Source: an uncultured Syntrophobacterales bacterium | GTDB taxonomy: Bacteria > Desulfobacterota > Binatia > UBA9968 > JAJDTQ01 | Length of the DNA stretch: 64,000 nt | NCBI GenBank assembly: GCA_964630405.1 | Contig: CAZVUC010000056.1 | Coordinates: 8,499-72,498, forward strand | Reading direction: 5' to 3' | Shown here: piece by piece, positions 56,667-64,000 of the stretch | How positions within the stretch are numbered: position 1 is the first letter of the stretch | Layout of the letters: each line of letters starts with the position of its first letter | Position numbers and translations under genes: made by a program | The notes under the pieces: generated by a model | Seen by the model: only the letters and a program-made list of their open reading frames with translations | What the model was told of the DNA's origin: nothing | The model's database searches: none

Positions 56667-59174
56667 CTATCGTGGACGCCCTTGTCGAATGGCCGACCGG
56701 GACAAGAATTCCCGATACGATGCGAACGCGCCGTCCACCGCCTCCACGGTGAGACCGTAGTCCTCCAGGGCGTAGCGATGCCGCTTCTCCCGCCGCCGGC
56801 GCTCTGCCTGCCGGAACAGCCAGTCGTCCATGGCGTCGACGGTCCCCTGCTCCAGCGCCCAGCCGAACCGTTCATACACGCTGCGCACGACGGCCGACGG
56901 GTCCTCCACCAGATCGACGTAGTTCACGTCCATCCAGCGGTCCTCCAGCTCGGGGTGAGATTCGCGGAACCGCACGGCCCTGTCCATCATGCCGCTCATG
57001 AAGGTCAACATTTCGGCGCCGAGGTCATGCCGCGGGCGGGGCTCGCTGGCGAGCGAGCGCGCCTTTTCCACGAAGCTGTTCCAGGAACCCATGAATTGAC
57101 CCGGGCTGCGATGGGTCTGGATGAAGAGGGCGTCGGGATAGGTCTCCACGAGGGTCTCCAGCTCCATGAGATGAAAGGGCATCTTGAACAGCCACTGCCC
57201 CTGGTGCTCCGGCTCGCGCTGCCGGCGCTGCCAGGTCAGGTTTTGCATGATGCGGCGGTGATGAGCGTAGGCATGCCGGCAACCGGTGGCGGCCAGCCAA
57301 CGGCCGAACTCCGGGACACGGAACTGGATGGTCAAGGTCCAAGAGCCAAAGGACAAGTTCAGGAGCGAGAAATCCTCCACCGGTTCGTCGATGTTGAATT
57401 CGTGGATACCCTCGAAAATATCGACGAGCCTGGATACGTCGAGCATCTCCTCGACCCGCTTCCGACGGGGATCGTCAAGGGTTCCTCCGATGGCGGCATA
57501 TTCCTCCTTCGACAGGATCGGCGGGGCGTACTCGTAGCCTAGCGGCGACCAGAACCGTCGGTCGCGGGCCATGAGACGGTGCAGATAAGTGGTGCCGGTG
57601 CGGTTGATCCCCACAATGAAGACCGGTTGCCGGATCCGCTCCCGTTCGATCTCCGGATACTGAAGCCGTTCTCGGGCGAACCCGGCGTTGTTGCGCAGGA
57701 GACGGCTCAGGCCGAAGATGGTGTTGCCAAGCTTGTCCTCCAACAGAGCCGCATCGGGATCCTGCAACGCACGTACCAACTGCTGCAGGTTTCGGCGCAT
57801 CCATTCGGGATACACCTGCTCGGAGGGGACGCCGTAGCGGTCGGCATAGCACTCGGCCCGGGCCATCAGGCCTTCGAAGTCCAAACGGGGTTGCGCTACG
57901 GGATGGGGCCATTGCCACCGATGCTCCATGACCCACTCGACGGACCCTCTCAGCTTGGTCAACGTGCCCGGCCATTTGATCGGATGCGGACAATCCTCGC
58001 GGATGGCACGATCGCAGACGGGCAGCCACTCCTTGGGCTTTTGCTGGCTGAACCAGTGCTCCTGGAAATGATCGAGCACGGCCCAGTGTCCGTCAAGCGC
58101 GGAATCCTCGCGGGCGTGGCAGGCGCGCTTGAATGACTCGTAGGAAACCTCGGGCAGGTAGTTTCCGAAATCGGCGAGCTCGAGATCACCGGAATCGAGC
58201 TTCGGATTGCAGCAATGATAGACCGTGAACCGGCGCTCCGGGTTCAGGGAGATGGCCGTACAGGCCCGACTCAACGTATCCACCGTCTCGTTGCTGGATT
58301 GAAACGAGAATCCCGCCGGGATGATCCCGCTTTGAAGCACCGCGGCCAGTATCTTCATCGTGAAATCGTTTGCCCGAACGAAACCGTTGCTGGCCAAGGC
58401 GGTTTGCGGCAGCCGGAAGAGCGCCAACGGCATTCCGGCCTGTTGCGCGAAAAGTAGCACCTGCTCGGACGTGAGCTTGCTCCAGGGGTAGCCTAGCAAA
58501 CCGATGGGGAACCTTCTCTTCATGGTGGCGAGGTCCGGTTGCATCTGGTGCTCGATGGCGCTGTTCTGGAATTCATCCGCGAAGGCAAAGAAGTACTGCG
58601 GAAACACGCCCATGGTCGAGGCATGGAACAAGTGCTTGAAGCGCTTCCGCAGACACAGCTCGATCACGTTGTGAATGCTGAGTGTGTTGACCTTGCGGAT
58701 GGCGAGATAGGAAGAAGCGAGATTGACGTCGGCGGCGAGGTGATAGACCGCATCGATCCGCTCACAGAGATCGTCGAAACGCGCATCGCTCAGACCGAAG
58801 CGGGCGGCGCCGATGTCGCCGACCACCACCCGGATACGCGACGCGAACGACTCATCCCAGACTTCGGCCTCTTGCAGCGCATCATGCAGGCGTTGGAATC
58901 CCTGCCGGACATCATCTGCCCGCACGACACAGTGAACGACCAGACCGCTGTCATGCTGCAAGAGGTCGCGCAGGAAGAAACGACCGATGAAGCCGGTGGC
59001 TCCGGTCAACAGGACCTCCCGGAAGTCGGCCGGCGATACGGCATCCGCCGGCGACTCCTGGCTGACGGCTCCATGAATGAAGCGTCGCATGACTTGCACG
59101 TCTCTGTGACACTGTGGCGGCAGCGCCCCGACCAGCGGCGGCACTTTCGTCTCGGCGGAGGAGATTTCACCCAT
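56667..59174 (-). CDS. swfB: Thioester reductase (R) - sulfotransferase (ST) didomain protein
   Basis: VLLTGATGFIG, YHLAA and GYPWSK (SDR YxxxK-like) in the N-half; PVFIVGINRTGTTYLHRLM (PAPS loop), WLFKMPFH and THRSP..SW in the C-half. Confidence 0.85.
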   Translation of the reverse strand: MGEISSAETKVPPLVGALPPQCHRDVQVMRRFIHGAVSQESPADAVSPADFREVLLTGATGFIGRFFLRDLLQHDSGLVVHCVVRADDVRQGFQRLHDALQEAEVWDESFASRIRVVVGDIGAARFGLSDARFDDLCERIDAVYHLAADVNLASSYLAIRKVNTLSIHNVIELCLRKRFKHLFHASTMGVFPQYFFAFADEFQNSAIEHQMQPDLATMKRRFPIGLLGYPWSKLTSEQVLLFAQQAGMPLALFRLPQTALASNGFVRANDFTMKILAAVLQSGIIPAGFSFQSSNETVDTLSRACTAISLNPERRFTVYHCCNPKLDSGDLELADFGNYLPEVSYESFKRACHAREDSALDGHWAVLDHFQEHWFSQQKPKEWLPVCDRAIREDCPHPIKWPGTLTKLRGSVEWVMEHRWQWPHPVAQPRLDFEGLMARAECYADRYGVPSEQVYPEWMRRNLQQLVRALQDPDAALLEDKLGNTIFGLSRLLRNNAGFARERLQYPEIERERIRQPVFIVGINRTGTTYLHRLMARDRRFWSPLGYEYAPPILSKEEYAAIGGTLDDPRRKRVEEMLDVSRLVDIFEGIHEFNIDEPVEDFSLLNLSFGSWTLTIQFRVPEFGRWLAATGCRHAYAHHRRIMQNLTWQRRQREPEHQGQWLFKMPFHLMELETLVETYPDALFIQTHRSPGQFMGSWNSFVEKARSLASEPRPRHDLGAEMLTFMSGMMDRAVRFRESHPELEDRWMDVNYVDLVEDPSAVVRSVYERFGWALEQGTVDAMDDWLFRQAERRRREKRHRYALEDYGLTVEAVDGAFASYREFLSRSAIRQGRPR

Positions 59175-59235
59175 GGTTTGTTTTCCGGTGGTCTGTGGTC
59201 TGTATGGAGCGTCGTTCCATCGGTGTTGACGGCGG

Positions 59236-62200
59236 TCAGCCCGCGGCGATCTCTTCCGGGAGACCCGGCTCGACGCCGGCCCCGCGCGGGAAGTGGTCTT
59301 CGAGCCGGTTGGCGAAGACGGATGGTGCGCGGCAGACCCGTTGCCGGGCGGCAAGTTGAGCGTCTTCGGACCCGGCCGCATCCGTCTCGGCCTGGTCTCC
59401 GTCGGCGTCCTTCTTCCCGTGGATAATGTCCTGCGCCAACGAGAGCGCGGAAGCCGTGGTCATCAACTCCAATGCGCTCACGCGGTGGTTGAACTGCGTC
59501 TGGATGAAGGTCCCCAACTCGGCCACCGAGATCGACGTCAGCCCGAAGCTCGACAACGGCTCCTCCACTCCGCCCTCGTCATGACCGCAGAGCTCCGCGA
59601 CCTTGCCGGCGATCTGCGCTACCACGGCGTCGACCGTCAACTCCCCGGCCGCCCCCACCTCGAAGGCGTCCTGGTTCGGCAGCAAACGTCCGACGCGCAT
59701 ATAGTCCGGGGAGTCGACCCGCCACGCCGGGCTCTCGAACAAGGCCGTGATCAAGTGGTCCCGGTCGGGCATGGAGCGCATGGCGTAGTCCAGGTTGGAG
59801 ACGGCGAACTGGCTGCTCACCGGCGGAATGCCGGCGGCCCTCATCAGTCGCAGCACCGGGAGGCTGCGCGCGGCCATGCCGGCGTCGGCAACGGCGGCCA
59901 TGTTGTAGGCCAGACCGGGCAGGCCCTGCCGTCGGCGGTACGCGGCCAAGCCGTCCAGAAAGGCGTTGGCGGCGCTGTAGTTGACCTGTCCGGGATTGCC
60001 CAACACCGAGGAGGTCGATGAAAACAGCACGAAGTGGTCGAGGGCGCAGGCGGCGGTGGCCCGGTGGAGATGGAGGGCTCCGGAGGCCTTGGGGGCGAAG
60101 ACCTTCGCCACGGATTCCTCCGTCATGTCCACCAGCAGACCGTCGTCGAGCAAGCCGGCCAGGTGAAACACGCCCTTCAGGGGCCTCTTCAATCCGGCGA
60201 TACAGCGTTGGACATCCTCTTCCATCGCCACGTCGCCCGATACGATATCGAATTCGACCTCCTCATCCATGTAGGTCAAGGCGCCCGACCGGCGGATCCA
60301 ATCGGCATCCCGGCGGCGCTCGGGGTCGCGGTCCATGAGCGTGAGGTGGCGAGCGCCGGCAGCCACCAGGTAGGGCAGCAACCGCATCCCGAAGCCGCCG
60401 AGGCCGCCGGTCACCAGGTAGGTGGCGTCGGGGTCGAGGAACGGCCGCACGTCGGCCACCGTGAACCCGGCGTCCTCGGACGCTTGCGGCGCCTTGAGCA
60501 CCAGCTTTCCCTGATGCTGGCCGGTGGTCATCAAGCGGAGCGCCTTTGCGTAATCCTTGTACGGAAAGACGGTTACCGGCAACGGTGGCAGCGCGCCTTG
60601 ATCGAGCAGGTCCAGGCAAGCCTGGGAGAGTTGATGGGTGAGGAACGGGTCGTCGATCATCAAACGGTCCACGTCGATGGCCGCGAACCGCAGGTTCTTG
60701 CGGAAGATGCGCAGACCGAGATCGTTGTCCTGGTAGATGTCCACCTTGCCGATCTCGCAATGCCACCCGCCCGGCCGCAGCGCCCGCAGGCACAACTCGA
60801 CGTGGCGCCCGGCCAGGGAGTTCAATACGACATCGACGCCCTCGCCGGCGGTCGCTTCCATCAGGCTGTCGTACCAGTCGAAGCTGTGCGAGTCGAAGGC
60901 CGCGCGCACGCCCAGCGCCCTCAATTGTTCACGTTTGCTCTCGCTTCCGGCCGTGGCGTAGATCTCCGCTCCCGCGTGTTTGGCAAGGGCGATGGCGGCC
61001 TGTCCGACGCCGCCCATGGCAGAGTGGATGAGAACGCGTTGACCCTGCCGCAAGCGGGCCAGATGGATCAGCGAATAGTAGCCGGTGACGTACACGGACA
61101 GCGATGACGCGGCCTCTTCCATACTCAGACGGCCGGGCTTGCCGAAAACCAGATGTTCGTTGAGCACCACCCGATTGGCGATGCACCCGCCGGTGGTGAA
61201 CGCCACCTCGTCGCCCACCCGGCAATGGGCCACGCCCGGCCCGACGCGGCGGACGGTGCCGGCGCCCTCGATTCCGACTTCGCGGCCGAGAGCCGACCGC
61301 TCGTATGCCAGCGCCGGCAACAACCCCAGCGTCACCATGACGTCGCGGAAGTTGAGGGCTGCCGCCTCCACCCCTATTTCCACGTCGCGCGGCTTCAGCG
61401 GCGGTAGCTCGCGGGTCTTCATCCCCAGGCCGGTGATCTGGCCCGGGTTGTCGAGAGTGAGCCGGTACGCGGCCTCCTCGCCGGCGGGCACCAGCGGATA
61501 TCGATCCCGGATGCTGACAAGCCGGGGCGCCCACAACCGGTTCCCGCGCACCGCCAGCTCGCGCTCGCGCAAATCGCAGCGGGCGAGTTCCGCCAAGGTC
61601 TCCAGGTCTTCCTGGGCGCCCAGGTCCACAAGACGGAACCGGATCCCCGCTTCTTCGCCGATCTCGAGGTCCATGCTCCGGACCGCTCCCCACAACGCGC
61701 CGCCGCGCGGCTCCTCCACCTCGAAGGCAGCACCCTGCGTCACCACGGTCACGCGGCACGGATGCTTCGCGTCCTCCATTCTGGCGAGCACCAGGGCCCG
61801 GACCAGTGCGATGAGCCGCGCCGACACCTTCTCGCCCGTCGTATCCCGCGGGTCTCTGCCGCAGAAGAAGTCGATGGCCCGCACCCCGGTGACTTCCGGC
61901 CACTCCGCAAGCGACTCGAAGTCTCCCGCGGCAACGGTCTCCCAGGGGATCCGGCGCAGGTCGGGCGCATCGAGCAGGGAGGCCCAGTCCTCCGCACAGC
62001 TCTCCGCCTCGCCTAGAACCCACCGCGGGCCGGGAAGATCCCCTGGGTCACCCGCATCGGGACGGGCCTGGGAGGCCTGCAGCAGGGTGGTGCGCCGGCC
62101 TGCGCGAATCGTAACCCAGCCGGCGCCCGGCTCGATGACGTCGCCCTCGTCGTGGCACACCAGGGCCAGGCCGCCGGCGACCGCCAGTCTGTGCAGGAAA

Positions 62201-64000
62201 ACCCACCGCTCCGGCCCGAAGTCTCCGGCATCCCGATGCAGAAAGATGATCTCGGCGGCGCCCGGACGCAGCAGGCCTTCTTCCAGTTGCCGCTCAACGG
62301 CGGGGTCAAGGCTTTCGAAACGGACCGCGGCCCCCTGCTGGTGGAAGGCCTCGTAGTGGGCCCGGCTACTCTCCTCGCTGTCGCTCACGAGCCAGAACTC
62401 GGACTGCCCGCCCGGACCCGAAAGCCCCTCGACGCACTGCTTGAGAATCGTCTGGTCGGGTCCGCGATCGCCGGCGAACTCGACGACGTGGCAGGCATGA
62501 CCAGGGCCTCCGTCGGGCCGTTCCAGGGCCGCGATCAACGCGGCGGGCTCGATCTCGCCGCCGGGCAGCCGGTCCACGAGAGCCGGTCCGGTGGGGAGGA
62601 ATTTCGGCTGCCAGGAGATCCCGTGCTTGCTGCGCGGCAGGTCGCCCCAGCGCGGATTGGATACGAAGGATATGTACTTGTCGATGTGGGCGATGAGGTT
62701 TCCGGTGGCGTTGTCGTAGAAGCTCACGCTGCCGCCGGTGGTTTCGCCGTAGTGAACCGTATACTGACCTTTCTCGTTCACATGGTACCAGCCGTCGGCG
62801 GGCTTGGTGACGAGAACGGTGATCCGCGGCGACGTCGGCGCGCCCAGGAACGTCACGCCCTCGGCCCGCTGCGGTATGGCGAAATGATCGCTGCCGAGCA
62901 TCAGGTTGTACAGGAATATCTGCAGGCCTCCGTCCAGCAAGGGGACGGACGCGACATACCCCTCGTCGTCGCCGGCCTTCCACAGGCTCTCGTCCATCTC
63001 CACGTCCACAAGATAGGCGCGGGTGGCCATGTCCATCCGGACCTGCTTCATGGTCCTGAAATTGGGGCCGTATTGAAACGTCTCGCTGAGCGCGGCTTCG
63101 AAGCGTTCGTAACAATCGCTTTCGTCGGCGAGGACCGAGCGCTCGAAGCGGGCCATGTCGATGTCCGCCAGGCGGGCCGGCACCTCCAGCGCCGGGGCGC
63201 CGCTCAGCCGGCGCACCTTGCCGCGGCAATGCATCTCGCTTCCGGCGTCGACGTCGAAGGAGCGGGAGGAGATGGTGAAAGTGAACTCGTCGGGAGCGTT
63301 CGCCACCGGGTGCACGGCCGTCTGCAGGCGCACCGGCGTCTTGGGAATGGGACAGGGCTGGAGGAACTCGAGGACCTCGATATGGACCGGCGCTCCCTCG
63401 AACGCCTCCAGGACCAGCTCGATGTAGCCGGCCGCCGGCATGATGGCCGCGTAATGGACGAGGTGCTCCGCCAGCCAGGGAAAGTCCTTGTCGGAAAGGC
63501 GCGCTTCGAAGAGCATGTGATCGGAAGGCACCTTGTGCCCCACCAGCGGACCGTGGGAGTACTGGCCCTGCCGGATGAACATCTCGTCATCGCACAGGAC
63601 GTCGATGGTCGCCTGCTCTTCTCTCGGATGGCCGGGCAGCAGGTGGGCGACGGGCTCGGGGCGCGGATACTGGGCGGTGAAATCCAGGTCCACGCCGGCC
63701 CTGAAAAGGGCGCCCAGCGCCTCCTGGAAGTTGCGGCAGACGTCGGCGTCACGCATCAGCGTCGGAATGCAGAAAGACCCCTGAGCATTGCCTTCCAGGC
63801 ACTGCGCGATGACCGGCTGCAGGGCGCTGTGGGGCGCGATTTCAAGCACCACGTCGGGCCGGTATTCCCGCTGGATGGTTTCCATCGCCGCCGCGAACCG
63901 CACGGGCCGGCGGATATTGGACCACCAGTAGGCGTTGTCCAGCCGCTCCGCCTGCTCGCCGGTCACCGAAGAAACGAGCGGAACGTCGGCGTCGATGGCG
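59236..64000 (-). CDS. swfA: Mono-modular highly reducing type I PKS/FAS (AT end-DH-pseudoMT-ER-KR-ACP); 5' end beyond the window
   Basis: AT end YWWSNIRRPVRF..LEIAPH; DH WLAEHLVHYAAIMP; ER ALNFRD and HSAMGGVGQAA; KR YLVTGGLGGFG, HLAGLLDD, YSAAN; ACP FGLTSIS; no TE. Confidence 0.9.
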   Translation of the reverse strand, partial: AIDADVPLVSSVTGEQAERLDNAYWWSNIRRPVRFAAAMETIQREYRPDVVLEIAPHSALQPVIAQCLEGNAQGSFCIPTLMRDADVCRNFQEALGALFRAGVDLDFTAQYPRPEPVAHLLPGHPREEQATIDVLCDDEMFIRQGQYSHGPLVGHKVPSDHMLFEARLSDKDFPWLAEHLVHYAAIMPAAGYIELVLEAFEGAPVHIEVLEFLQPCPIPKTPVRLQTAVHPVANAPDEFTFTISSRSFDVDAGSEMHCRGKVRRLSGAPALEVPARLADIDMARFERSVLADESDCYERFEAALSETFQYGPNFRTMKQVRMDMATRAYLVDVEMDESLWKAGDDEGYVASVPLLDGGLQIFLYNLMLGSDHFAIPQRAEGVTFLGAPTSPRITVLVTKPADGWYHVNEKGQYTVHYGETTGGSVSFYDNATGNLIAHIDKYISFVSNPRWGDLPRSKHGISWQPKFLPTGPALVDRLPGGEIEPAALIAALERPDGGPGHACHVVEFAGDRGPDQTILKQCVEGLSGPGGQSEFWLVSDSEESSRAHYEAFHQQGAAVRFESLDPAVERQLEEGLLRPGAAEIIFLHRDAGDFGPERWVFLHRLAVAGGLALVCHDEGDVIEPGAGWVTIRAGRRTTLLQASQARPDAGDPGDLPGPRWVLGEAESCAEDWASLLDAPDLRRIPWETVAAGDFESLAEWPEVTGVRAIDFFCGRDPRDTTGEKVSARLIALVRALVLARMEDAKHPCRVTVVTQGAAFEVEEPRGGALWGAVRSMDLEIGEEAGIRFRLVDLGAQEDLETLAELARCDLRERELAVRGNRLWAPRLVSIRDRYPLVPAGEEAAYRLTLDNPGQITGLGMKTRELPPLKPRDVEIGVEAAALNFRDVMVTLGLLPALAYERSALGREVGIEGAGTVRRVGPGVAHCRVGDEVAFTTGGCIANRVVLNEHLVFGKPGRLSMEEAASSLSVYVTGYYSLIHLARLRQGQRVLIHSAMGGVGQAAIALAKHAGAEIYATAGSESKREQLRALGVRAAFDSHSFDWYDSLMEATAGEGVDVVLNSLAGRHVELCLRALRPGGWHCEIGKVDIYQDNDLGLRIFRKNLRFAAIDVDRLMIDDPFLTHQLSQACLDLLDQGALPPLPVTVFPYKDYAKALRLMTTGQHQGKLVLKAPQASEDAGFTVADVRPFLDPDATYLVTGGLGGFGMRLLPYLVAAGARHLTLMDRDPERRRDADWIRRSGALTYMDEEVEFDIVSGDVAMEEDVQRCIAGLKRPLKGVFHLAGLLDDGLLVDMTEESVAKVFAPKASGALHLHRATAACALDHFVLFSSTSSVLGNPGQVNYSAANAFLDGLAAYRRRQGLPGLAYNMAAVADAGMAARSLPVLRLMRAAGIPPVSSQFAVSNLDYAMRSMPDRDHLITALFESPAWRVDSPDYMRVGRLLPNQDAFEVGAAGELTVDAVVAQIAGKVAELCGHDEGGVEEPLSSFGLTSISVAELGTFIQTQFNHRVSALELMTTASALSLAQDIIHGKKDADGDQAETDAAGSEDAQLAARQRVCRAPSVFANRLEDHFPRGAGVEPGLPEEIAAG

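Noticed and set aside
1-64000. CRISPR array or cas genes
   Set aside because: No regularly spaced direct repeats with unique spacers and no Cas motifs; the repeats seen are REP-like hairpins and an intragenic duplication.
59236-64000. sup-type (methyl-branched fatty acid) PKS
   Set aside because: The cMT region lacks an intact SAM-binding motif, and the downstream R-ST and radical-SAM genes match the swf architecture instead.

Overview
A 64-kb GC-rich chromosomal segment from a Gram-negative bacterium. It is dominated by catabolic and uptake genes: four TctC/Bug solute receptors plus tctAB, three phthalate-dioxygenase-type Rieske oxygenase large subunits, two amidohydrolases, two UbiD-family proteins, a Mo-hydroxylase (S-L fusion plus M), a CADD/PqqC-like diiron oxidase with an ABC importer, an Opp-type ABC system and a DUF1302/DUF1329 pair. 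Housekeeping genes include tRNA-Met(CAU), fbp-fbaB, a YciO/Sua5 protein and an M20 peptidase, and there is a FitAB/VapBC toxin-antitoxin pair. The right end holds a swfABC-type cluster: a mono-modular reducing PKS/FAS truncated by the window edge, a reductase-sulfotransferase and a B12 radical-SAM protein. This architecture is known from sponge symbionts, so a sponge-associated host is inferred but not shown. The most unusual element is a tight minus-strand operon (47.1-54.8 kb): PaaK-type CoA ligase, an RNA-ligase-fold nucleotidyltransferase, a PpcA-like UbiD, a PpcD-like gamma subunit, DUF1302 and DUF1329. It looks like an undescribed aromatic (de)carboxylation and uptake module. Other oddities are an OppB permease with two inserted CBM-like domains and an NCS2 permease fused to a degenerate RsbW-like HATPase domain. 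No CRISPR array, integrase or intact IS was seen. All family calls come from motif recognition by eye, not database searches.
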